64,000 nt of DNA. Source: Octopus vulgaris (Eukaryota). Position 1 is the stretch's first letter. Each line of letters begins with the position of its first letter. The DNA is taken from positions 16,678,001 to 16,742,000 of the forward strand of contig OX597819.1 of NCBI GenBank assembly GCA_951406725.2, given 5' to 3'. Positions 1-13,254 of this stretch are shown here, one piece after another. The notes beneath the pieces were generated by a model, which saw nothing but the letters and a program-made list of their open reading frames with translations, was not told the DNA's origin and made no database searches. The position numbers and the translations under genes are program-made.

Positions 1-94
1 CCAAGCCAATACAAGAAAACATATGAAGGTGGTGATGATAAAAGCTTGCCCATACATGTGTGTGGGTATATATATACACATACAAAATCGTAGC

Positions 95-434
95 TGTGGC
101 CAGTGCCCCCTGACTGGCTCCGGTTACAGTGGCACGTAAAATGCATCATCTGAACGTGGCCGATACCAGTACCCCGTGATTGGCTCCTGTGCCAGTGGAA
201 CGTAAAAAGCACTATCTGAATGTGATCGATGCCAGGCCCGCCTGACTGGCTCCTGTGCTGGTGGCATGCAAAAAGCACCCACTACACTCTCAGAGTGATT
301 TGTGTTAGGAAGGGCATCCAGCTGTAGAAACATTGCCAGATTAGATTGGAGCCTGGGGCAGCCACTGGCTCTCCAGACCTCAGTCAAACCGCCCAACCCA
401 TACCAGCATGGAAAACGGACGTTAAATGATGATG
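95..434 (+). mobile_element. RTE-LINE 3' tail or LINE-derived short element; further copies near 1120-1470(-), 3654-3900(-), 19270-19450(-), 22220-22400(+), 23290-23560(+), 31224-31365(+), 32215-32600(-), 43780-44160(+)
   Basis: Internal ~50-bp repeats (tgactggctc..gtggcacgtaaaaagcac) then aggaagggcatccagctgtagaaac...gcatggaaaacggacgttaaatgatgatg, matching 57990-58431. Confidence 0.8.
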
Positions 435-454
435 ATATATATATATATATATAT

Positions 455-652
455 ACTCTTACTTGTTTCAGTCATTTGACTGTGGCCATGCTGGAGCACC
501 GCCTTTAGTTGGGCAAATCGACCCCGGGACTTATTCTTTGTAAGCCCAGTACTTATTCTATCGGTCTCTTTTGCCGAATCGCTAAGTGACGGGGATGTAA
601 ACACACCAGCATCAGTTGTCAAGCAATGCTAGGGGGACAAACACAGACACAC

Positions 653-706
<54 letters not shown>

Positions 707-870
707 GACAGGCTTCTTTCAGTTTCCGTCTATCAAATTCACTCACAAGGCATTGGTCGGCCCGGGGCTATAGCAGAAGACACTTGCCCAAGATGCCACG
801 CAGTGGGACTGAACCCGGAACCATGTGGTTGGTTAGCAAGCTACTTACCACACAGCCACTCCTGCGCCTA
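455..870 (-). mobile_element. tRNA-derived SINE with internal microsatellite; decayed copies near 3920-4240(+), 18090-18400(+), 27525-27880(+), 30020-30340(-), 48280-48645(-), 49330-49490(-), 53940-54100(-), 55750-55900(+)
   Basis: Head TGGCTGTGTGGTAAG (A-box-like) and GGTTCAGTCCC (B-box-like), body ...gggcaagtgtcttct..., tail ...ctccagcatggccacagtcaaatgactgaaacaag. Confidence 0.8.
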
Positions 871-2550
871 TCTAAATTATGCTAGCATAAAAAAAAAAAG
901 TCAACAGGAAACCATTAAACAAATACACATACACATGCATGCACACATGAGTTACTTCTGCAGTTTCTGCTTGCCAAATTTTGCTCATAGGGTATAGGTA
1001 AAAAATGCTGTATGTATGCATGTGTGTGTGTGTATATGCATGTGTTTCCTCATGTCTTGAAATCATGAGTGTTTTAAACGAGTGTCACCATGACACATAT
1101 GATGTCATTTGTTCCCAGTCATCATCATCATCATCATTTAGCGTGTCACCCATGCTGGCATGGGTTGGACAATTTGACCAGGGTTGGCAAGCTGGAAGGC
1201 TTCACCAGACTCCAATCTGATTTGGCAGTTTCGATGGCTGGATGCCCTTCCTAAGACCAACCACTCAAAGTATAATGGGTGCTTTTACGTGCCATTTGCG
1301 TGACACTGGTATCTGTCACAACTGAGATTTTACTTGGCTTGATAGGTCTTCTCAAGCATGGCATAATGCCAAAGGTCTTGGTCATTACCTCTGTAAGGCC
1401 CAACACTTGAAAGGAGTTTTTCACATGCCAATGGCTTCAGCCTCTTTGCCTCTATGAGGCCTAATGCTCTGAAAAACATGTCTAGCCATGGGGAAATATT
1501 ACTTTGTTTGGCATTAGGTGAGGGGTGGTGACAGGAAGGGCATCTAAACTCTACCTAAACAAATTTAGTCTGACCCATGCCAGCAAAGGAAAATGGACAT
1601 TAAAATTGACGGTGACCTAAAAAATCCATGACACAACGGTTGGCAGAATCTACTCAATAGAGTTAATTGACTTGCAAGAAGTAGCAACTAAATCTCAAAT
1701 TACACACTATTATCTTACACAGGGCCTTAAAGAAAACTTTTGCAAAGTGAAACAAGACTATTTTTTAAACTGGGGAGCATGGTTTATTCTAATTTTTATG
1801 GAGGGTTTTTTTTTTTTTGTCATATTCACAGACCTCTAACCAATGTACTGGCTGTCCCTCATCTTGTGTGGGCCCTATTCTTACAAAGGTGAAAGCATAT
1901 TGTATAACAAGGTTTATTGCCTCAAAAACAAAAAGGAAGGTCTCTGCTGAAATATTTTTGATTAAAGATAGGTCTGCTCATTGAAGTCTGACCTAAGGCT
2001 AAACAATACCAACATATTCACTATCAACTTTAACTAGAATCACTACCACTCCTACTACTACTACTACTACTAGCAGATGTTAATCATAACAGCAGTGATA
2101 GGTGGTGGTGGTGGTGGTGATGACAGTAGCAGTAGTGTTACTAGTTGGTGTAGAGGTGAGCTGCAATGGCAGTGATAGTAAATATACTTGTGTGTATATC
2201 AAATATATTTGCATGGTTAGTTATAGTGGTTTAGCCTGGAGCCAGCTCTGATTAAGCAGACATATTGATCAAAGAAGGTATTCAAGCCACAACACTGTCT
2301 AATGTGTCTTTTCTGTATTCAGCCCAGCAGGGTATGATAAGATATAGTTGCTATTTCTAGCAAATTGATCGACTATGTAAGGGCTTCACATTGGCTCACG
2401 TTAGTAAATGTAAGAGGCAATAAAATCAGTAATTGCATCAGTTAGGTATGTAGAAGTTAGTAGTAGTAGTAGTAATAATACACTTGTAAGCAACTACATC
2501 ACAATCCCACCACACAGACTTCTTCAAGACTTACAAGAAAATCGGCTTAC

Positions 2551-2643
2551 CTTGCCATATTGGTTAAAGTAATTTCTGACATCATCAACAGTAGTAGATG
2601 CTGATAATCCACCAACAAATATTTTCTTTGTACGGGTCACCAT
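2551..2643 (-). CDS. msi: Internal coding exon of a Musashi-family RNA-binding protein (start of RRM2, RNP2 motif IFVGGL)
   Basis: Encodes [31 protein letters not shown], near-identical to the MSI1/MSI2 segment [29 protein letters not shown]. Flanked by tcttcttttttcag| acceptor and AAG|gtaagc donor; 93 nt, phase 0/0. Confidence 0.95.
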
Positions 2644-4679
2644 CTGAAAAAAGAAGACAAACATTATTATAAAATGCATTTGTGTGTGTGTGTGTGTGTG
2701 TATAGTAAAAAGCATGGTAATATTTTAACAATTTTGATAAGATTACTGGTGGGATTTTCTTTTAGTATTGCATAGACTTGCATATTTTTTGTATAAGCTC
2801 CAACATGTTGATTGCTATAGTAATCCCACTGGTTATTAAAATAATTAACTGATTAATAAATGTGATACCACTATCATTATTCCTTTCATTGCTTTTATAT
2901 ATATGTAATAAATAAAATGTACATTTGTCACGCACACATTTGGTTCTAAATCTGTTTTTCCATACTTGCATGGATTGGAGATACCATTGAGGCATTGTTT
3001 TACAGTCGGATACCCTTGTCATTAATCCTTATTATTTATACTGAGACAGTGCACATGGAATAAATCAGAGATCTGTTTACTTATCTTTAACATAGACTTA
3101 GCCTTGCTGTTAGTAAATGGCATGTCTCTCTTGGCAGAATTAAATGAAGAATAACTTGACAAGTTTCACAAATCATTACCGGCAAATCAATCATAATTAT
3201 GAGAGAGCAGCTTACAACTATTTACAGGTATACTTGTTACTCATAAATAAGCATTTTTCACGAGCAGTTGCAAGCTCCTCACTCTCTCAGTCTGTTTCTC
3301 TGGAGAATAAACAAAAACTGATGTATGAGCTGATAATGAACGACCAAGTGAAACTACTCAAGCTGTTCTTTGGTTCATTCTGTTGTAAGAGTACTACGAC
3401 TTAACTATGGGATGTATTGGTATGGCAAGACTAAATACCTACAACATAAACTTATGATTTAGATGTGTATTCCACAAGCCACAGTGCAAGTGATCTATCA
3501 AGAGAAGTAATTCTTAAAAAAAAAAATTGAAAAAATACAGATACAGAATAGAGAACTATTTAGCTTTCAGCCAGTCAAACATTCTAGTGCTGGTGGTACT
3601 ATCAAATGTACAGAGTTTGTGCTGGGTGAGTGATAGGTAGGATATCCATATACCATCATCGTCATTTAGCATCTGTTTTCCATGCTGGCATGGGTTAGAC
3701 AGTTTGACTGGAACTGGTAAACCAGATAACTGTACCAGGCTCCAGGCTGATTTGGGATTTCTACAGCTGGATGCTCTCCCTAATGCCAACCACTGCAAAA
3801 CTGTAGTGGGTGCCTCTTACATGTCACCGGCAAGGGTGCCTCTTATGGGTCACCGGCACGGGTGCCTTCTATGTTTCACTTGGCTTGACGTGTCTGCTAT
3901 GAGCCTTATATGTGCAAACATTGCTGTGTGGTTAAAAGGCTCACTTTGCAATCAAGTGGTTTCGGGTACCCACTGTGCAGCACCTTAGGGAAGTGTCTTC
4001 TTGACAGCCAAGGACTTGTGAGTGAGTTTGGTAGACAGAGACTATGTGGAAACCCGCAATGTGTGTATGTGTTTGTCCCCAATTGTAACTGGGCAGTGTT
4101 GGATTGTCTGAGTTACGTCCCCTTAACTTAGCAGTCCAACAAAAGACACCGTTAAGTATCACGCTTAATTTTCAAGTACATGGGTCTATTTGTGTAATTA
4201 AACGCTTCATAGCAGTGCCCTGGCATGGGCACATAAAAGTACAAGATATGGTAAAGTGGTTAAGAAGATTGCTTCAACATCCTCTTGAAAGGTCTTGAGT
4301 TCAATCCCACTCTACAGCTCATTGAGCAAATGTTTTCTACCACAATTACGGTTTGATCCAAACCTTTCCAGTCACATGGAGAGACATAAATTGATGGAGC
4401 GTACCTGAGTCTAGTTTGGGTTTTTCTCCTATCACTTAATATTAGTACTTTTAAAATAAACTACTGGCCTACAAAAATGAAATATATAGTGAATAAGCAA
4501 AGATAAACAGATTGGTACGTCATAAAGTAAAATAAGAAGACATGAAAATGGCAACCGAGGTATACACAAAATACATAGCAAAGAGCACACAAGCACTCGT
4601 AGATGTAAACACACGAAGGTGTAAATGAACCTAAACGCATTGTAAACGTGTAAATTAACAATGTAAATACAAACATTCC

Positions 4680-4938
4680 GGCGATCTTTCGTCTCTAGTA
4701 GACCTTTCCGTCGATTACACAACATACTGTCTGTCTCCCACAGCCCATCAAACACACACACATGTACATCAATGCTCCCATGCACGGTAACTTCAAAAGA
4801 ACTTCCCTCGTCATACAATCGCTTTCTCTTAGTCTCTTTCGCTCTCATTACTTCAAAAGTTCCCGCAAGCCCATATGTAAAAAAAAAATTTTTTTTGCGG
4901 AAATCGACGGAAAGGTCTACTAGAGACGAAAGATTGCC
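4680..4938. mobile_element. MITE (Merlin-like), internally deleted copy
   Basis: 37-bp TIR GGCGATCTTTCGTCTCTAGTAGACCTTTCCGTCGATT; 8-bp TSD AACATTCC. Confidence 0.85.
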
Positions 4939-5644
4939 AACATTCCCAATAACCAATGTAAATACAAACGGGTGTAATTATCCATGTAAATAAGTAAATC
5001 ACATGTTAAACTCCTATAGGTGTAAATTACTGATATGAACACAAACATGTATAGATATCGTGTTTAAGTGTACTGCATTAATAATCTGGTTAGGTTTATC
5101 AGTATAAACAGATTAAGGAATAATTAACCTGAGAGGTTATATAACTGTCACCTAAACTTAAGTTGGGTTTTATTATTTAGTAATTAATGAGATTAAATCG
5201 ATAATAATTAGAAAATAATGTACAAATGTACAAATATAAGGACATAAATACGTGAGCAAGATCATAGAAATAAATATCAACAAACAAGTTCACATTTAGA
5301 CGCATACAATTATACAAATACGAAAACACATTTACAAATACATACACGAATTCACACAAATATGCAAGTTAAAAAGTATTTAACTTGGCAACATATTAAT
5401 TTTTTTCTTTCTTTCTTCTCATGGGCTATTATTTTTTACGAGGGAACTAGCGATAGTCTGTGAGTAGTTAGTGGAAACAAGTAGAAAGCCAGCCATTAGG
5501 CACCATCACTCCCTTCCTTCTGATGAAGGATTCTATCCAGGCCATTAAATTATTCCTCTTCCTCAATAAATCTTTTTATTCCACTTTGGAACGTTGATGC
5601 TGCCCTTGTTTGTAACAAAGTCACACACAGTTTTACATACTTAA

Positions 5645-5979
5645 CTAGCAGTATCGCCCGGCGTTGCTCGGGTTTGTAAGGGAAATAACTATATAAGCAT
5701 TTTTAGAGAGTTATAGCCAAAAAATACCAAAAAAATGCATTAAAAATGGGAAAAAAATTATGGTAATTTTTTTTTTTTAATCGTTGACTCATCGTAGACA
5801 TTTTTAGAGAGTTACTTCCCTTATATAATAGCGAAAAAATGCATTAAAACAGAAGGGCTCGATATGAATCACGACTATAAGATACCCGGTTTTGGTTAAA
5901 CTGCACCGCAAAATGTGGGAGTAGTTAGGAATCTAAATCGTAGGAGACAGACACACAACTTCACTTTTATATATAAAGA
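5645..5979 (-). mobile_element. Non-autonomous Helitron
   Basis: 5' A|TCTTTATATATAAAAG; 3' hairpin CCCGAGCAACGCCGGG followed by CTAG|T; no TSD. Confidence 0.8.
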
Positions 5980-6440
5980 TATAACAAACACACATACACA
6001 CACTTTAGTGATGTAGTGTACTTGAAGCACTGCAGAATGTCAGTGTAATAGAAAAGTAATGCAGATGAATCACTAAACAACGTTGGTCTTAATATTTTTT
6101 GTTAAAACCATTTAATGAAGTAAGACATTACATTTTTTTCGCCCGCCAAATAAACCGACGTCCTTTGTGTAAAAATGTTTCGCGCAAACTGACATTGACA
6201 AGATGCAAAACTGAAAGATACCCGGTATTAAGGCAGTAAAGAATGATAAACCAAACATACATGTGTGTGTGTGTGTGTGGGGGGGGTTATTGATTAATAT
6301 TGATTTTAGATTTTGACACGAGGCCAGCAATTTCGGAACAGTGGGTAAGTCGATTAGATCGACTCCAGTGTTCATCTGGTACTTATTTTATTGACCCCGA
6401 GGAAATGAAGAGCAAAGGCGACCTCACCAGAATATAAATT

Positions 6441-6844
6441 GGCGATCTTTCGTCTCTAGTAGACCTTTCCGTCGATTTCCGTAAAATTTTTTTTTTTTTT
6501 TTACATATGGGCTTGCGGGAACTTTTGAAGTAATATACATACATATACACATACACCGAGTAAAAAATTTCACTTATCTCTTTCTTTCACGCATACTAAC
6601 AGAAGCACTTCACTTACACAACATACTGTCTGTCTCCCACACCCCATCAAACACACACACACATGTACATCAATGCTTCCCATGCACGGTAACTTCAAAA
6701 GAACTTCCCTCGTCATACAATCGCTTTCTCTTAGTCTCTTTCGCTCTCATTACTTCAAAAGATCCCGCAAGCCCATATATAAAAAAAAAAAAAAATTTTT
6801 TTACGGAAATCGACGGAAAGGTCTACTAGAGACGAAAGATTGTC
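6441..6844. mobile_element. MITE of the same family as 4680-4938, longer copy
   Basis: About 90-bp TIRs, same internal sequence, 8-bp TSD TATAAATT. Confidence 0.85.
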
Positions 6845-7267
6845 TATAAATTTGTTAAAAAATGTATACGCAAAAAATTACTAAAAAAACTTCCGAATTT
6901 ATCAATTACATGTTTCTTCCCATAGGCAATGTCACAGCATGGCCATTGTCAACAAGTTGGCACAAGTAAAAATTTAATTATCTGTAGGAAATTTGACATT
7001 ATCACCTTAGTAGCATTTTTTAAAAAATTATTTTATATAAATTCTTTTGTTTACTTTCGTCATCACCGCCAAGGCCATGTTGAAGAACCGTGTTTATTGT
7101 AAATTATGTTCTTCCAGGTTAGCTTTGATGGAGCAGACAGACCTCCCTTTTTTTCTCTGGCGTGTCATTCAGAAAGTTTGATGACCGATAAAATTCAACA
7201 ACCTTTTAGAAATAACAACCAAATCACGCTATTAGGGTTTAAGTAAAAGTTTAACTGATTGGACCAT

Positions 7268-7637
7268 GGGCAGACGTAAAGAATGTGGACCGCACCCCCT
7301 TTCGTTATGCTTTTTTTTTTTTACAGAATCTCCCCCCCCATTTTCTAGTACAGAGATTCTGATTCTGCAAAAAAAAAAAACCAAAAAAAAATCATTTAAA
7401 AATTTTAACTCCCCCCTCCCCCAATTTTCACTTTTTTCAGCAATCATTTTCTGAAAAAAAAAAAATTTTGTAAAATTTAAATTTAAAAAAAGTGAAAATT
7501 GAAGAATTTGGGTGGGGGGTATCAAAATTTTAAAATGCCGTTTTTTTTTGCAGAATCAGAATCTCCGTATTCGAAAATGGGGGATTCTGTAAAAAAAAAA
7601 AAGGGAGGGGGCGCGTCCACATTCTTTACATTTGTCT
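7268..7637. repeat. Fold-back inverted repeat, probably a MITE
   Basis: 7268-7440 is the imperfect reverse complement of 7485-7637 (for example gtaaagaatgtggac / gtccacattctttac and gattctgattctgcaaaa / ttttgcagaatcagaatc). Confidence 0.7.
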
Positions 7638-7819
7638 GGACAATGTAGGGGCTAATGCAGAATTGCACTTCTTGAAAAATGCATTTTTGGAAACAAATTT
7701 TTCCGATTCCTACGTAAAGTTTAGTAAATATCAACCCACTCCCCCAATTTTAAATTTTGAACTTTATCAGCCATTTATTTATTTGTCTATTTATCCCTAT
7801 CCGTTTATTCATATATATA

Positions 7820-8198
7820 TTAGCAGTATCGCCCGGCGTTGCTCGGGTTTGTAAGGGAAATAACTATATAAGCATTTTTAGAGAGTTATAGCCAAAAAAT
7901 GCAAAAAAAATGATGGTAAATTTTTTTTTTTAATCGTTGACTCATCGTAGACATTTTCAGAGAATTACTTCCCTTATATAATAGCGAAAAAAATGTATTA
8001 AAATGGAAAAAAATGATGGTAATTTTTTTTTTTAATCGTGGACTCATCGTAGACGCGCGCTAATACCCAGAAGGGCTCGATATGAATCACGACTATAAGA
8101 TACCCGGTTTTTGGTTAAACTGCACCGCAAAATGTGGGAGTAGTTAGGAATCTAAATCGTAGGAGACAGACACACAACCTCACTTTTATATATAAAGA
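7820..8198 (-). mobile_element. Non-autonomous Helitron, second copy
   Basis: Highly similar to 5645-5979; inserted in a (TA)n stretch inside the left arm of the large inverted duplication. Confidence 0.8.
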
Positions 8199-9712
8199 TA
8201 TATATCACTCTATCTGAAGCAGGGTGAAATTTGAAAAATTTAAAATTTGGGAGAAGGGGAATTTGAGGTGGGGGATTTTAAATTTGGAAAAGGTGTTTTT
8301 TAAAAAAGTTTCAAAAAAGTCCAAAATCTTAAATCAGGCGGGGGTGGATTTTAAAAGGTGATTTTTTTTTGCATATTCGTAATCTCCAATATCTAAAACG
8401 TAGAAATCATAAAAGATTTCTTTTAAAAAAATATGCATTTTTCAAGGAGAGGTGCGATTCTGTATTAGTCCCCAAAGTAGTCCTACATATCACCAAAAAA
8501 GACTGAATGGTGCCGGCTGTAATGCCTTTGATTATAAATCTGCGAATCTGTGCCGTCATGGGCGCCCCAGGACGAAATGTCACTGTGTGTGTGTGTATAA
8601 AACATTTTATCGAATTCGAGAAAAAAATGTCACAAGAATATTTCAATAACTGGCTTTATGTTTTTTGGATGGAATTTTGGAAGAGCTGTTACCACAGAGG
8701 ATGGGAGCAAAATGTAAAAATAAAAAATGGCGTGGGGAAGAGAAATCACTCAATTCCTTGGCTCCGTTTGCATTCTCATTTAAAGATATTGAATAAAATG
8801 GTAGTTATTTTAATATATATTGTTGTAAAGTTTTCAATTAAGTGATGTAATATTATTCAATTAAATTAAATTTCTTTATTTGTAGTAATTAAATGAAACA
8901 AGATAACGAAAACTGTGACCGTTTTCCATCCACTATTTTATTATTTATTCATGGTACGTCTCCTGTTAAAAAGCCATGACCTATTTATTATATCGATCAT
9001 GTTTAAGAGGCTGATAGAAACGTATTGGGGGATATAATCGTACCAATTTGATGAAATTATGAATGATAAGAGAAGGGACAAAATTTCATGTAGTATTTAG
9101 TTGTAATGCATGAATCTTCGTGTCGCCGATGTCCACTTAAACTTTCATACTTCTGAGATCGAAAACAATAAATAAATAAAATCAAGAAGCCATGGTCTGT
9201 GTTTTGGATGAAGATGCCTCATACCTCATAGGAAATGAAAAAGTTACAGGAGTAAAGGAGGAAGGAAGGGGGTAAATAGAAAAAAAAAATTGAAATTTTG
9301 AAAGAGAATTTGTTTTCAGAATCGATTGTAATTTCCGTTATCTGAAACAGGAATACTATAAAAAATAATATCAGTGATAATAAATAAAAAGAATTTTTTA
9401 AATGTAAAAGATTTCCCATGAGGTGTGTGGGGTGCAGTGCCTAATCCGAGCTTCACTGAGGTAAGTAATGGATCGATTGAATCTAAACTAAAAGCAAGGA
9501 AGATTAATTTAAATAAGGTTAGTCGATGGAAATTTTTGTTTCTTAATTAATTATTTCTTAATAATTGGAGAATGTGCATATTCTGTTCAAAAGTAAGATT
9601 ATCTGAGACATTAAACACAAGTATTTATTGTATTCTTTGTCACTGCAAATGTGTCGTCTGCTTCTTTGGGGCTCGAAGAAAAACTGAGGGGCTCAGCTTC
9701 TATGAACCGTAA

Positions 9713-10030
9713 CGAGCAGTATCGCCAGGCGTTGCTTGGGTTTGTTTCGAACCCTTTAGAATTGGAATTTTTGGAAAAGTAAAGATTTTGCATGATGTAG
9801 CTTGTTATTCTCTTTAAGTGAACATTTTTCTGGTTGAAATACACCGAAAAATGGCGAAACAGCAGTCAAAATATCGTAAAAATGGGGATTTTCATAGAAA
9901 ATTTTTGGTGTTAACATGGTCCGATTTGAATTTTTTCTTCTGCGAGAGGAAGAGCAACCCTTCTATCATACTCTCAATTTTGGTCAACTTGCGCCTCAGG
10001 GTCTCGAAGGAGATAGTGTTTGTTAGTCGA
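9713..10030 (-). mobile_element. Helitron-related 3' fragment (second subfamily)
   Basis: Same 3' hairpin motif (cagtatcgccaggcgttgcttggg on plus); inverted copy at 10905-11155. Confidence 0.55.
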
Positions 10031-10904
10031 AGGCTACCAAACATGATCGATATAACAAATAGGTCATGGCTTTTTAAAAGGAGACGTACCATGAATAAAT
10101 AATAAAATAGTGGATGGAAACGGTCACAGTTTTCGTTATCTTGTTTCATTTAATTACTACAAATAAAGAAATGTAATATTATTTAATTGAATAATATTAC
10201 ATCACTTAACTGAAAACTTTACAACAATATATATATTAAAATAACTACCATTTTATTCAATATCTTTCAATGAGAATGCAAACGGAGCCAAGGAATTGAG
10301 TGATTTCTCTTCCCAACGCCATTTTTTATAGAATTACGATTCTGAAAAAAATGTATTTTTACATTTTGCTCCCATCCTCTGTGGTAACAGCTCTTCCAAA
10401 ATTCCATCCCAAAAAACATAAAGCCAGTTATTGAAATATTCTTGTGACATTTTTTTTCTCGAATTCGATAAAATGTTTTATACACACACACACACACACA
10501 GTGACATTTCTTTCTGGGGCGCCCATGACGGCACAGATTCGCAGATTTATAATCGAAGGCATTACAGCCGGCACCATTCAGTCTTTTTTGGTGATATGTA
10601 GGACTACTTTGGGGACTAAATGCAGAATCGCACCTCTCCTTGAAAAATGCATATTTTTATTTTTAAAGAAATTTTTTTATGATTTCTACGTTTTAGATGT
10701 TGGAGATTACGAATATGCAAAAAAAAAAAAATCACTTTTTAAAATCCACCCCCGCCCGGTGGAATTTTTCGGAATTTTTTTAAAAAACACCTTTTCCAAA
10801 TTTAAAATCCCCCACCTCAAATTTTAAATTCTTCAAATTTCACCCTGCTTCAGATATAGAGATATAGATAGATATGAATAAACGGATAGGGATAAATAGA
10901 CAGT

Positions 10905-11155
10905 ATTCAAATCGGACCATGTTAACACCAAAAATTATTTACAACAAAAAGGTGTTTTTTTTTTCTATGAAAATCCCTATTTTTTTACGATTTTTTCACT
11001 GCTGTTTCGCCATTTTTCGGTGTATTTCAACCAGAAAAATGTTCACTTAAAGAGAATAACAAGCTACATAATGCAAAATTTTTACTTTTCAAAAATTCCA
11101 ATTCTAAAGGGTCGAAAAGAAAACAAGCCCGAGCAACTCTGGGCTATACTGCTAG
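10905..11155 (+). mobile_element. Helitron-related 3' fragment
   Basis: Ends CCCGAGCAACTCTGGG-CTATACTG-CTAG|T; reverse complement of 9713-9930. Confidence 0.6.
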
Positions 11156-13209
11156 TTACTTAATAATTCTAACAATTAACTGATAAGTAAGATTAGCTGA
11201 GACATTAAACACAAGTATTTGTTGTATTCTTTGTCACTGCAAATGTGTCGTCTGCTTCTTGGTGCACGAGGTAAAAACTGAGGAGTTCAGCTTTATATGA
11301 ACCGCTTCCGTTATTTTGTTTTCATAATTACTTAATAATTCTAACAATTGATTGATACTAGTGCCGTCTCTTGGGTTTCTTCAGACAGTAACACTTCAGT
11401 TGAGATTAAAAAGAATCTTCCTAATACTACTGCCTTGCGCTTTAAATTTGGAGATGAAGGTCTAAGCTTCAATGGCGACATTATTCCTTCGAGAAGCCGT
11501 GGCGTCGGGTATTGGTAATTTTGAGAAGGGTATAATTACTGAAGTCTATCCACTGTTGGTCTATTTCCTCATCTTTCTGTAAAATGCATGTTATTTTTTA
11601 AAAAAAGATACAGGTACATTCTTGATGAAATTCGAAAAATGAAGTTTCTGTTTTGGAGGCGCTTCGGATAATTCCTCCTGACTACAATCACTGTGTTTTT
11701 TACGGAAAACTTTGAAAAGCATAATTATGTAATATGTATTGAATAATGAAGTTGTTTAGCATTGCACAAAAATTTATTTCAGTGAATTTCTCTGAGCAAA
11801 AACAAAAAGGTGGTGAGTGATTCAAGTTACAGCACAAGCAATGAATGTTTCTTCCTTCCCGGGTTGGTGGGGATGAAACTATTCGAAATTCCATGTCCCC
11901 CACCCAAATTTTAAAAATAATTTATTTACTTAGTTTAAAAAATTATTTACTTTGCGTTTTATTTACTTTGTTCGAAAAAATATTATTTCATTTTCTTTGA
12001 AATACAAACACGAGCAAGTCGTTGTAGGATCGACTACTTACGACTAGCTTGCGCGAGTGCGAGCACCGGGACCACTGTTCGCTAGTAGTACCAGGATAAT
12101 CATAATCTACACCCCCAAAAACGTATCTCGGAAAAATCAATAAGAAATATGCATTTAACGAAGGATGGAAAGTCGTCGGAGTGGGGATATTTAAAAAAAG
12201 TTTTCAATTTTTTTTTTCCTTCATATAATTGTTATCTACATTATCTAAAATGTATTGCAAAGAAATTTCACTGGAAAATACGTATTTTATAAAGTTTATA
12301 GAGAAGTAAAATCAGGTGGTGAGAGGCACAGTTTTGTAAAAAAAAAAAAAAAAAAAAAATGCCATTTGAGAGAAGTAAAAATGTACAAGTCATGTACCTA
12401 ATAGTTTATTATTATATAAGTGACTGTTACCTTTCCCTAAAATCTACAGCCTTATATCTAACTTAGAAATCAATAACACACATTAAAGTGTGCGTTTCTT
12501 TTTAATCTGATTTTTGTTCCACTGGGTATAACAGCTGATGATCAATATACTACTGCTATTAATAGTAATGATAATAATGACAATAATAATTACCATAATA
12601 ATGATTTCTAACATCAATAATAATGATTTCAATGATAACAGCAGTAAAAATAATATGCCAAATTTGTTTATTGATTAAAAACTATAAAACACACTGGAAC
12701 TAGATCTGAGAAGAAAGAATTTAAATAAGCCATAGATTGTTGTTGGAGAGAGAAGCTTGGTGTATATAATCAGATATGTATGGTGGTTGGAGTAGTAGTA
12801 GTGGTGGTGGTGCAATTAATAGTACTGCCATATATGGTAAGGTTGTGATAATCAATGAGGTAAAAACTATTAATTAGTGGAAAATTGTAATTGACGACTT
12901 AACTAGAGGGTATTGATAACATTATCCGCACGAGTAAACACACGGCATATATATTCCATGTCAACCCACATGTGAATACACATGTGTGAGTGCACGTTAT
13001 ATATTATGTGTTTGTGTATGTATGTACAAGTTTGTAAGCGAGAGTGTAAGATAATATTACATGTGATATATTTGTTTAAACCGAGATTCTCCTTGCTTCT
13101 ATTGTTTCATGCTTCCCGATTTTTTGTCAGTGGAGTATAAATATATTGCATATATGTTGTCACACATGGCTGTTTGAATTAAATACACTTCAAGAACGAA
13201 CGCAAGTAC

Positions 13210-13254
<45 letters not shown>

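Larger units (their letters stand above)
7783..10902. repeat. Large inverted duplication (arms 7783-9004 and 10039-10902)
   Basis: About 850 bp of clearly matching reverse-complement sequence once the Helitron is removed; ORFs 8407-8646(-) and 10444-10827(+) translate to near-identical text. Confidence 0.85.

Noticed and set aside
95-290. Regularly spaced ~25-bp repeats superficially like a CRISPR array (also 57990-58280)
   Set aside because: Degenerate tandem units in the LINE 3' UTR; spacers resemble one another, the context is eukaryotic and there are no cas genes.
4432-4993. 174-aa and 73-aa ORFs
   Set aside because: Read through a MITE and AT-rich sequence; not protein-like.
5515-5550. 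CTGATGA-AGGA..TCC, hammerhead-like start
   Set aside because: No GAAA box or stem III/NUH follows.
12010-12100. Small CpG-rich patch
   Set aside because: Lies in the TE-dense block; no ORF, RNA fold or terminal repeat that I could assign.
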